Shown here: positions 8,723 through 17,010 of the stretch, one piece after another
Layout of the letters: each line of letters begins with the position of its first letter
Numbering within the stretch: position 1 is the stretch's first letter
Source: Promethearchaeum syntrophicum
Lineage (GTDB): Archaea; Asgardarchaeota; Lokiarchaeia; Sigyniarchaeales; Promethearchaeaceae
Assembly (NCBI RefSeq): GCF_008000775.2
Contig: NZ_CP042905.2
Location: 510,001 to 542,000, forward strand
DNA length: 32,000 nt
Reading direction: 5' to 3'
Position numbers and translations under genes: made by a program
The notes under the pieces: generated by a model
What the model was told of the DNA's origin: nothing
The model's input: the letters and a program-made list of their open reading frames with translations, nothing else
The model's database searches: none

Positions 8723-9588
8723 TCATTTTTTCCCAAAATTCGCTTAAATGAACATCCAGATACTTTGCCCGAAAGATGAATATCACAAAATCTCTGATTA
8801 GCTCCACAATCGGTTTTAAAATGAAGATAATTACCAAAACAGCAATCTGTGGCAAGAATAATGTTATATTCATTCAGTTTATCGCAAAAATTTGAAAATT
8901 CCGCTAAAAATTTTGATCTTTCTTTGAAAAAGAGATCTTCTGGTGACATGGTTTTAAAACTTAATAAATATACTCCTGAAAAATGATTCTCTAAAGCAAA
9001 ATCTGCAAGATATTGCAAATCTTTAAGATTTTGTCTGGAAATAACAAAATTTAACGCTAATGGTAATGGCGAACTCTGGTAAATTGATAATTGTGGTTGT
9101 ATCCAATCGGGGACTCCATGTGTAAATAGATGTGGATATCGCAGACTATCTAAAGAAATGGATACGCCGTCCGCATATTGAATAACTTCTGGGAAATTTT
9201 CTGGGATTTGAACAGCATTGGTCGTATAATTGGCATATTTTAAGTATTTTTGTTGTTTGGCATATTTTAAAAAATCAAGAAATTGAGGATGGGTAGTAGG
9301 TTCCCCGCCTCCTAAAGCAATTTGCCAAGGAGTGTATTTTTTGAGTACTGTTTGAAAAGTTGAGAAAGTCATAAAATTTTGATTGACATTGGAGTGTTGA
9401 TAACAGAATTCTCTACATTTCGCATGATTGGGAATATTACAGTAATCTGTTATATGGACTTGAAGTAAATGTTTGTAGTCTTTATTCTTTTGTTGATATT
9501 TGGCGATAATTTCAAGATCATCTTTTGAAAATGGACGGACTAATGATTTTCGGTTTCTACCAAATGATTCTACAGCCAATATTCTCAA
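8671..9588 (-). CDS. Radical SAM protein with SPASM-like C-terminal cysteines
   Basis: VHITDYCNIPNHAKCREFCYQHS (4Fe-4S region), WQIALGGGEPTTHPQFLDFLKYA (GGE motif), YADGVSISLDSL, and a C-terminal CGANQRFCDIHLSGKVSGCSF...CPL cluster-binding pattern. Confidence 0.88.
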   Translation of the reverse strand: MRILAVESFGRNRKSLVRPFSKDDLEIIAKYQQKNKDYKHLLQVHITDYCNIPNHAKCREFCYQHSNVNQNFMTFSTFQTVLKKYTPWQIALGGGEPTTHPQFLDFLKYAKQQKYLKYANYTTNAVQIPENFPEVIQYADGVSISLDSLRYPHLFTHGVPDWIQPQLSIYQSSPLPLALNFVISRQNLKDLQYLADFALENHFSGVYLLSFKTMSPEDLFFKERSKFLAEFSNFCDKLNEYNIILATDCCFGNYLHFKTDCGANQRFCDIHLSGKVSGCSFKRILGKNECPLIKYIQDLQEMFYS

Positions 9589-9747
9589 CTTTTATTTTGA
9601 ATTTTAATTATTTCTAACAGGTTAATTTACTCGATTTGTTTATTATATTCTTTTTGATCAGTAACTTATTTATTTTCCTATTTTTATTGTGGGTTTTTTC
9701 GAGTTTACTGACAGATTGAATTAATTATTTAGTATAAAATGATTATT

Positions 9748-9855
9748 ATGGTAAGCATAGAAGAAAATAACTTGGATACCAATGTCGATGGGAGTAAACT
9801 CACTATCGTCATTGATTTAGATCATGAAATGGGAAAGTTTTCTTTAATAGATTGA
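9748..9855 (+). other. Short ORF (35 aa), possible remnant of a small protein
   Basis: ATG-initiated MVSIEENNLDTNVDGSKLTIVIDLDHEMGKFSLID followed by TGA. Absent from the supplied ORF track because of its length. Confidence 0.25.
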
Positions 9856-9944
9856 TTAAAATTTTTATATTCAAATTAACTAATTATCTACTAATCCTTT
9901 CCAAACTATTATCATGAAATTAGGAAATGGAGTGGGTAAAAACT

Positions 9945-10249
9945 ATGCACCTCAAAGAAAAAATTGGTCAAGAAGTTTCTGTCGTTGGAAAGATTTCGGA
10001 CATTATGTGGCAACATATGATATCTTACGAACCGGATTACCAAGAGATTCTCTATTTTGACCCTAAAAATGGGGATGCTCAAATTGTACTCTATGCTAAA
10101 ACACAGATTAAAAATAAACCCAATAAATATCTGAAAGTGTTGGTAAAGTAAAGGAAATTAAAAGTAATCGCCAAAAAGGACAGAAAATTGAGGATGGAGA
10201 TTATCAGGAATATCATCTCATTGTAAATCGGTATGGAAACATGAATTAG
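9945..10249 (+). pseudogene. Frameshifted paralogue of the small OB-fold-like protein encoded at 12441..12746
   Basis: HLKEKIGQEVSVVGKISDIMWQHMISYEPDYQEILYFDPKNGDAQIVLYAKTQIKNKPNKYLKV matches 12441..12746 closely. A 1-nt loss near 10140 shifts frame, and VKEIKSNRQKGQKIEDGDYQEYHLIVNRYGNMN* resumes in another frame. Confidence 0.8.
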
Positions 10250-10340
10250 GATTCACTTTAAAAAAATTATAATCATTGAACTTTTCAAAGTATCATCAAT
10301 ATTGGAAATTATTAAATGCATTATTAGAGCAATATGAAAT

Positions 10341-11489
10341 ATGGATGAAATTGAATCCATAGTTAAAGAAAAAAAGAATAACCAAGAAAAAAAATTTACT
10401 TTGAAAGAATTTGGAGGTGCTTTTGGAGATTGGGGAACTCTTATCCCATATATCATTGGTTATATTTCAATAGTCGGATTGCATCCAGCAGGAATTTTTT
10501 TATGTTTGGGAATTACAAATATTGTCCTAGGACTCAGATATAATTTACCGCTTCCTGTACAACCTCAAAAGACTATCGGAGCCATAGCGATATCTACTAA
10601 ATGGGCACCAAATATGGTGATTTCTACTGGTTTCGGGACGGGAATAATATGGTTGCTACTTGGATTTTCAAAAAAATTAAACAATGTAGTAAAATTGATT
10701 CCTATTGTATCTGTTAGAGGCATCCAACTTGGGCTTGCATTATTATTAGGTCATAATTCAATAATTATGTTTTCTGATAATTTATTATTGGGTTTCATTT
10801 CAGTAGCAATTATTCTTATATTTATTAAAAGCAAAAAAATTCCCTCAGCAATAATTCTTACAATTTTCGGAGTAATTCTATTAATTGTAAATGGAGTTTT
10901 TCAATCAAAGTCTATCTGGTTTAGTCTACCGATATTTGAGTTTCACATCCCTACATGGGATAACTTATTTTGGGGCATGATTTATGCAGGTTTTGGCCAA
11001 TTATTTTTAACGTTAACTAACGTAATGGTAGCAACTGTTATTTTAATCAGAGATTTATTTCCAAATAAATCGGATAAGATTGATGCCAACTCTCTCTCAT
11101 TTAATATGGGTGTATTGAATACAATATCGCCCTTTGTTGGAGGAATCCCACTTTGCCATGGTTCTGGAGGGCTAGCTGCACAATATGCATTTGGTGCAAG
11201 ATCTGGAGGTTCTATGATATTAGAAGGAATTATGGAAATTGTGTTGGGATTATTCTTTTCAAATACGTTATTTATTATATTTTCGGAATTTCCTCAAGCG
11301 ATTCTTGGTGCAATGCTTCTTTATACAGCAACACTATTGGTTAAAGTTTCATTTAAGGAATATAACTCAAAAAATTTACCAATTATTTTGCTTTCGGCAA
11401 CTTTTGCGTATTTTTTCAATATTTCTATAGGTTTTCTAGTTGGTTTGGGGCTAAATTATATTTTAAAAGCCATGAAGTATCTTACCTAA
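10341..11489 (+). CDS. MOT1-type molybdate/sulfate transporter family membrane protein
   Basis: EFGGAFGDWGTLIPYIIGYISIVGLHPAGIFLCLG and LPLPVQPQKTIGAIAI are the conserved MOT1 (SulP-related) motifs, with about 10 hydrophobic segments. Confidence 0.85.
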   Translation: MDEIESIVKEKKNNQEKKFTLKEFGGAFGDWGTLIPYIIGYISIVGLHPAGIFLCLGITNIVLGLRYNLPLPVQPQKTIGAIAISTKWAPNMVISTGFGTGIIWLLLGFSKKLNNVVKLIPIVSVRGIQLGLALLLGHNSIIMFSDNLLLGFISVAIILIFIKSKKIPSAIILTIFGVILLIVNGVFQSKSIWFSLPIFEFHIPTWDNLFWGMIYAGFGQLFLTLTNVMVATVILIRDLFPNKSDKIDANSLSFNMGVLNTISPFVGGIPLCHGSGGLAAQYAFGARSGGSMILEGIMEIVLGLFFSNTLFIIFSEFPQAILGAMLLYTATLLVKVSFKEYNSKNLPIILLSATFAYFFNISIGFLVGLGLNYILKAMKYLT

Positions 11490-11641
11490 TTTACTTTTCC
11501 AAATTTTTAATTCTTATGCAATATCTACTAAATGGACACTAAATATGGTAATTAATTGATCGCAATAGGCTCTCCACAAAACCAAATTGAGAGAGTTAGA
11601 TTGGTATATTAAAAAGTAATTTATTAGAAATTATTATTTCC

Positions 11642-12331
11642 ATGTGCTGCTACTATCAATATATGGAACCAATCCCATCGGTAGAAAACCGTCAGCACTG
11701 TGATGATGGTTATCTGAAGTTTTTAAATCGAATTCTGCCCCTCAAACTTCTTGTTGTTGTTGTATTTTTATTCCTTTGTGGGATGTGGGCAATAATTTTT
11801 GCGTATGAAAAATATGGCTTCTTAATGGCAGTTCTTTGGACAGTTGTTCCGGTATACATTATTGGTTATCCCATTGGAGCCTGGTACAATAAGATTCAAG
11901 TAAAAAATCACTGGTGGTATATTGGAAATGAAGTTATCATGGTGCACAACGGAGTTTTCTCATTACACTTGGCTCGAATTCCCTACGATCGAATCCAGAA
12001 TATGGATTCTCATAAAGGTTTCTTTGATCGCATAGGAGGCTTTTACAGAATCCAAATTCAAACTGCGGGCTCTTCAATAAACACAAAAACCAAAGCTGAG
12101 GGTGTCCTATTTGGGGTAAGAGAACCTGAACCTATCATAGAAGACATTTTTGCACAAATGGAATGCAAAGAAATAACTAAGGATGCAATTAATCCAAAAA
12201 ATTTTACTGCCAGCCTTAATGACGCAACTCAAATACCACGTGATATCAGTAATGATTCCCCCGAGCTGATAGAAATATTACTCCGTATAGAACAAAAACT
12301 TGGAAACATCGAAGAATTGCTTAAAACTTAG
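11642..12331 (+). CDS. PH-domain (bPH2/YdbS-like) membrane protein
   Basis: Two N-terminal TM segments followed by NHWWYIGNEVIMVHNGVFSLHLARIPYDRIQNMDSHKGFFDRIGGFYRIQIQTAG, typical of bacterial PH domain 2. Hydrophilic tail follows. Confidence 0.82.
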   Translation: MCCYYQYMEPIPSVENRQHCDDGYLKFLNRILPLKLLVVVVFLFLCGMWAIIFAYEKYGFLMAVLWTVVPVYIIGYPIGAWYNKIQVKNHWWYIGNEVIMVHNGVFSLHLARIPYDRIQNMDSHKGFFDRIGGFYRIQIQTAGSSINTKTKAEGVLFGVREPEPIIEDIFAQMECKEITKDAINPKNFTASLNDATQIPRDISNDSPELIEILLRIEQKLGNIEELLKT

Positions 12332-12440
12332 TTATAGAATTGTTGATAAAAATTAGGAGTATCTGATAATCCCAGATTGCTCTGTAATATTTCCGTACAA
12401 AACTTAACCATGAAGCGGGGAAACGAAGTGAGTATTAATT

Positions 12441-12746
12441 ATGCAGCTTAAAGAAAAAATCGACCAAGAAGTCTCTATCGTTGGAACGATCTCGGACATT
12501 ATGTGGCAGCATATGATCGCCTACGAACCGGGTTATCCGGAAATTCTCTATTTTGACCCTAAAAATGGGGATAATCAAATGGTGCTCTATGCAAAAGCAC
12601 AGATTAAAAATATACCAAATAAATATGTGAAAGTATTTGGTATAGTGAAGGAAATTAAAAGTTCTGGTGAAAAAGGTCAGAAAATTGAGGATGGAGATTA
12701 TCGGGAATATCATCTCATTGTTAGCAGGTATGAATACGTGGATTAA
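12441..12746 (+). CDS. Small conserved-looking protein (101 aa), possibly OB-fold
   Basis: Intact paralogue of the pseudogene at 9945-10249. Five-strand-like alternating pattern (QEVSIVGTISDIM...QMVLYAKAQI...YVKVFGIVKEIKS...YHLIVSRY). Confidence 0.7.
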   Translation: MQLKEKIDQEVSIVGTISDIMWQHMIAYEPGYPEILYFDPKNGDNQMVLYAKAQIKNIPNKYVKVFGIVKEIKSSGEKGQKIEDGDYREYHLIVSRYEYVD

Positions 12747-12890
12747 TTTCTTCAAAACTCTATAAGATGCTTAAATCCATTCTTCCTCTACAATTTTTAG
12801 AAGGGGTTGGAAAAATTTATATTGTTCCGCTTTAATAACTCCTTAGCTTTATCTTTATTCAATCTTCAAGGTTTAAATTGAAAAAAATTA

Positions 12891-13349
12891 ATGGGAAAGA
12901 ATATGAAAACTCAAAAAAAACCCGAAAATATTGGTGCATTCATTTCTAACTGTGGGGGATGTGGAAGGAAATTCCTTGCAGGTTATATAATTAGATATAC
13001 CCCTGGAATATTTAGTAGTTGCCTTCATTGTTATAGTGATATGTGTGTTCGATGTGATAAAGGAGCTCTTTGCGCAGATTGTTTTAATATCGCACCAAAA
13101 GAAGTACAGAAGAGCTGTTTGCGAAATCGAAATGTATTTAAATCAATTTATTGGTTCTTTATTGCATTTTTATTAGCTATTATCTTATTTAGTTTGATTT
13201 TTGTCCTCATTTTGCATATGAAATCATTTGAAAATTATCCTGTACTACTTGTATTGGTCTATATTGGTGCTTTTGGGTGGTTACCTGCTTTTATTATTAT
13301 GAAACTCGGTTATAAATGGTGGTATAAGAATCATAAACATGAACTTTGA
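12891..13349 (+). CDS. Cysteine-rich zinc-binding protein with two C-terminal TM helices
   Basis: Four CxxC pairs (CGGC-x19-CLHC-x4-CVRC-x5-CADC) followed by two hydrophobic helices. Confidence 0.7.
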   Translation: MGKNMKTQKKPENIGAFISNCGGCGRKFLAGYIIRYTPGIFSSCLHCYSDMCVRCDKGALCADCFNIAPKEVQKSCLRNRNVFKSIYWFFIAFLLAIILFSLIFVLILHMKSFENYPVLLVLVYIGAFGWLPAFIIMKLGYKWWYKNHKHEL

Positions 13350-13404
13350 AAAAATCTCTCGAAAATAGACAAAGTATCAAATTAAACTTAATTCATAGTA
13401 TCTA

Positions 13405-14190
13405 TTATTTCTCAATGCAAACGGTTTTTTCCTTCGGTTTTAAGTACATAATCCATTGAAATCCTTTAAAATAAAGGAAATAGGCTAAAATTTGGCCAAT
13501 TAACACGATTACTTCGATGATTAACAGAACATTGTAGATTTTTATCTCTACTCCTGGCAAATTCAATGGGCTTTCATGTAAAAGATCCAACTCATAATCC
13601 CGGTATATCCCATTAATGTGAAAAATAATATTATGGGACCGTTCCAAGACTAATAAAGTTTCAGCAGCCCGAAACCAGGAAATATTAAGGAATGGGATTG
13701 GTGCTTTGCAGATGGAATGTAAGAAATTGCCGAAATTAATCCACCCGATGATATGAAAAAGTGCAATAATAATCTTAATTATATCCTCCACAAAACCGAA
13801 ATACTCGAAAATAATAGGTGGGAGCCATGTTTCTGTAATGGTGATAATGATAATGCTTCCGCCAATGAGGATGTTTAAGATCAAAGCTGTAATAAATGCT
13901 CTACGCGCCGTTACCAGTTCTTTCGAATTGAGTGTTTTATTGGTCGATGAGAGTACCCCGCAGAATCCCATGTAGATTAACTTAATAATGAAAAGGAGAA
14001 TGAAATCAAGTCCGATTGCAACAATTTTCGAGAATATTGAGGGACTGGTGCGTAATTCATCAAAAATATCACTCAATACATGCTTAAATACATAGAAGAC
14101 AAGTGAATACACTGTTAAGATGATCAAATATTTTTTAAATTTCTTGAAATGAGCAAAAATCGCATCATAAATCGAAGGTTTTGCTTGCAC
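13405..14190 (-). CDS. Multi-pass membrane protein of unknown function
   Basis: 261 aa with about 5-6 hydrophobic segments. No family recognised. Confidence 0.7.
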   Translation of the reverse strand: MQAKPSIYDAIFAHFKKFKKYLIILTVYSLVFYVFKHVLSDIFDELRTSPSIFSKIVAIGLDFILLFIIKLIYMGFCGVLSSTNKTLNSKELVTARRAFITALILNILIGGSIIIITITETWLPPIIFEYFGFVEDIIKIIIALFHIIGWINFGNFLHSICKAPIPFLNISWFRAAETLLVLERSHNIIFHINGIYRDYELDLLHESPLNLPGVEIKIYNVLLIIEVIVLIGQILAYFLYFKGFQWIMYLKPKEKTVCIEK

Positions 14191-14427
14191 AAGTGAATTA
14201 AGAATGAATACGCTAATAATTCTTTTTCCATAAGTAAATTCACAAGACTAAATTAAAAATATAACACTTTTTATTAGATTGTGGGTTTAATGATAAAACG
14301 TAGTCATATCAATCCCACTCTTAGAATTTTTAGAGGATATGAATGGATTCTAGTTTCAAAGATAAGAATTTTTCAAATACGTTTCTGTTTATTAAGGTCA
14401 AACGATTTAATAGAATTGAAGATATCA

Positions 14428-14889
14428 ATGATACAAATTTATGAAAAAGTGTTATACGCTGGTTGGGCGGATATGGATTTTAATGGCCATATGGCCAATC
14501 GAGCGTTTTTGGATAAATCGGGTGATGTCCGTATGATGTTTTTTAGCGAGAACGGACTTTCGGGTAGAAATATGGCCAAAATGCGGATTGGTCCTGTGAT
14601 TAAAAGTGATAAATTAGAATATTTCCTAGAAATCGGACTTATGGAAGAAATTAAGTGTACATTAATCTTAGTTGGAACATCTAAAGATGGGAGTCGATTC
14701 AAAATTTGCAATGAATTTAAGAAGATGAATGGATCATTAGCTGCACGGGTTACAAGCGTTGGTGGCTGGTTAGATCTAAAATCTCGAAAATTAATTGCCC
14801 CTCCAGATTTGGTTTTAAAAATGATGGATAAATTGCATAAAACTGAAGATTTTGAGCAACTACCGTCAAGTATTAGGAAAACTCCTTAA
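14428..14889 (+). CDS. Thioesterase / 4HBT-like hot-dog fold protein
   Basis: VLYAGWADMDFNGHMANRAFLDKSGDVRMMFFSENGL is the typical D-x-N-G-H hot-dog thioesterase region. I prefer the internal ATG at 14428 over the listed 14281 start, because family similarity begins just after it. Confidence 0.78.
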   Translation: MIQIYEKVLYAGWADMDFNGHMANRAFLDKSGDVRMMFFSENGLSGRNMAKMRIGPVIKSDKLEYFLEIGLMEEIKCTLILVGTSKDGSRFKICNEFKKMNGSLAARVTSVGGWLDLKSRKLIAPPDLVLKMMDKLHKTEDFEQLPSSIRKTP

Positions 14890-15057
14890 AAATCCAAAGG
14901 AAATTAATGATTCTAGTTTTAGAGTAGAGATATTTTTTAATACATTTCTGTTTATTAATAAGAAAATAGGATTTTTTTCACAGCATTTATATAGTAACAA
15001 AAAAAAGATCCTATTATCACTTTGCATTTGTTTCCATTTGCAAAAAAAGTGATTATC

Positions 15058-16017
15058 ATGAAAAAAATAAATAAAATTTTACTCGCAAGTATGATTCTGT
15101 TTTCATTCACCTTCCTTGCATTTGAAGTTAAGGCGGTTGAAAAAGAGCCCGTTATGTATAGTATTATGGGTAACGGTGGTGGGGGTGGTACATTACCTCC
15201 AGAACAACCTCCTCAAGTGATTCCATGGGGAATAACACGAGTTAATGCCATCACTGCGGCTGCAATGGTTGATGAATCTTCTACAATTATTGCAATTCTT
15301 GATACAGGAATGGATCTCGATCATCCCGATTTAGCTGCACAATATATTTGGGGCTATGACATAGTAAATCAAGATACCCTCCCAGATGATGACCACGGAC
15401 ATGGTTCACATTGCGCAGGAACTGCTGCAGGAATTGACAATGATATCGGTGTAGTTGGAGTTGCTCCAGATGTTGGTTTATATATATTGAAGGTTCTTAA
15501 CCGTAGAGGTTCAGGAACTGATTTACAAGTCGCAACTGGAATTATTATGGCAACTGAAGGACCTGATGGTACACCTGGGACTTCAGATGATGCTGACATC
15601 ATATCAATGTCTTTGAGTGGGGGTTATGCTGAAATAATTGAAGATGCCGTTGCCTATGCAATTTCATACGGTGTGGTAGTTGTCGCAGCAACTGGAAATC
15701 AATATGCTGATGTTCCTGCATATCCGGCAGCTTATCCTGGTGTTATTAAAGTAGGGGCAACTGATATAAATGATGTAGAAGCGGATTTCTCGAACGATGG
15801 AGAAACAATTCTTGCTCCTGGTGTTAGTATCTTTTCTACATACAAAAATGCGGGTTATGCAACCATGAGTGGAACTTCAATGGCTACTCCTCATGTGGCA
15901 GGAGTATGTGCTCTTGCAATAGCGGCTCATCCTTCTTATTCGGTGGTGCAAATTGTTGCATTAGTGGAAGGATCAGCAGACGTTGCTGGTGTCGTTGATG
16001 CACTTGCTGTAGTATAA
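15058..16017 (+). CDS. Secreted subtilisin-like serine protease (peptidase S8)
   Basis: Signal peptide MKKINKILLASMILFSFTFLAFEVKA. Catalytic triad motifs AILDTGMDLDHP (Asp), DHGHGSHCAGTAAG (His) and GTSMATPHVAG (Ser). Start chosen at MKKINK rather than the listed 15022. Confidence 0.95.
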   Translation: MKKINKILLASMILFSFTFLAFEVKAVEKEPVMYSIMGNGGGGGTLPPEQPPQVIPWGITRVNAITAAAMVDESSTIIAILDTGMDLDHPDLAAQYIWGYDIVNQDTLPDDDHGHGSHCAGTAAGIDNDIGVVGVAPDVGLYILKVLNRRGSGTDLQVATGIIMATEGPDGTPGTSDDADIISMSLSGGYAEIIEDAVAYAISYGVVVVAATGNQYADVPAYPAAYPGVIKVGATDINDVEADFSNDGETILAPGVSIFSTYKNAGYATMSGTSMATPHVAGVCALAIAAHPSYSVVQIVALVEGSADVAGVVDALAVV

Positions 16018-16301
16018 TCTAGGTGTATTTGAATAACCAATAATAGATCAAAAAATATCTATTTTTTTTTTTTATTATATAATTCAATTTATCTCCTTTT
16101 TTTTTCATAGAATTAAATGATTATAATTTTAAAAAAATCATTTTTTTTGTGAATAAGGAATATTTAATTCAAGTATTAAGAGGTAATGAGTCTTATTTTC
16201 ATCATAAATGCTCTGCATTATCGGTATAGATCTTTTTTGTTTTGTTTTTAATTACACTAATTATGTATGAAAAAGAACAAAATAAAATTGAGTTGTATTT
16301 C

Positions 16302-16658
16302 ATAAGTTGGTTCATATTTGGACCAATCGTTTGCATAACGTGCAAAATTACTATCCATAATGAATATCAGATTTGAAAAAATAAATTTTAAATATTTAAA
16401 GAGAAATGAATGCATTATAACGTGGATTAACAATATATAGGAAAAATTTGGTTTTAATTGCGATTGAGACCCGCAAAGTTTAAATACATGATCTAATTAA
16501 ATTTTTTATGATGATGATCGAAACTGGTTTTAGCTTCACCTTAAAAAAATCTTTAAATAAATTACCTAAAAACAAATCTATGAATGAATTACCCAAAGAA
16601 AAATCTTTGAATAATATTTACAAATTGATAGATATGAGTAATAAAAGAATTAATTAAA
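16302..16658 (+). repeat. Copy A of an upstream-region + 5'-gene duplication (diverged direct repeat of about 16740-17010)
   Basis: Shared blocks in order: TTTGCATAACGTGCAAAATTACTATCCA / TTTGCAGATAATGCAAAATAACTATCCA; GATTAACAATATAT; GCGATTGAGACCCGCAAAGTTTAAA / ATCGATTGGACCCCATAAACTTTAAA; ATGATGATCGAAACTG / ATGATGATAGAAACTG. Confidence 0.7.
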
Positions 16659-16757
16659 AAGATTGACATAATGATGAATCAAACCTTCAAATTTTTTAAT
16701 GATGCATAAATTTTTTCTTTTATTTGGTAAATTAATATCGCCAATTGTTAGTCTATA

Positions 16758-17010
16758 GTTTGCAGATAATGCAAAATAACTATCCACAGTTAAATTCTGA
16801 TTAAATAAATGAAATTTCAAAAGTATTAAGAGTCACCAATTAATTATGACTTAGATTAACAATATATGGGACATTTTTAGTTTTGCCATCGATTGGACCC
16901 CATAAACTTTAAAATAAAACATTACAAAATTTCTAAATATGATGATAGAAACTGATCTGAAATTACCTGAAAAAAAATCTTCGAATAATTTTTTACAAAT
17001 TGATATTCTG
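16758..17010 (+). repeat. Copy B of the same duplication, covering the upstream region and first codons of the acyltransferase-like gene
   Basis: See copy A. The blocks occur in the same order with roughly 430 bp offset. Confidence 0.7.

Noticed and set aside
7320-9855. RiPP biosynthetic cluster
   Set aside because: A radical SAM/SPASM-like enzyme is present, but I found no plausible precursor peptide, protease/exporter or RRE-like domain in the window.
11153-11430. Two short plus-strand ORFs overlapping the MOT1-type transporter
   Set aside because: Alternative-frame ORFs inside a well-supported membrane protein gene.
12435-12755. Minus-strand ORF opposite the small OB-like gene
   Set aside because: The sense frame is preserved in a duplicated paralogue; the antisense ORF is a by-product.
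15369-15602. Minus-strand ORF inside the subtilase gene
   Set aside because: Antisense shadow ORF; the sense strand carries the catalytic triad motifs.
16018-16938. AT-rich intergenic repeats considered as a CRISPR array or MITE
   Set aside because: No regularly spaced identical repeats, no terminal inverted repeats and no target-site duplication visible. The pattern fits a single diverged direct duplication.
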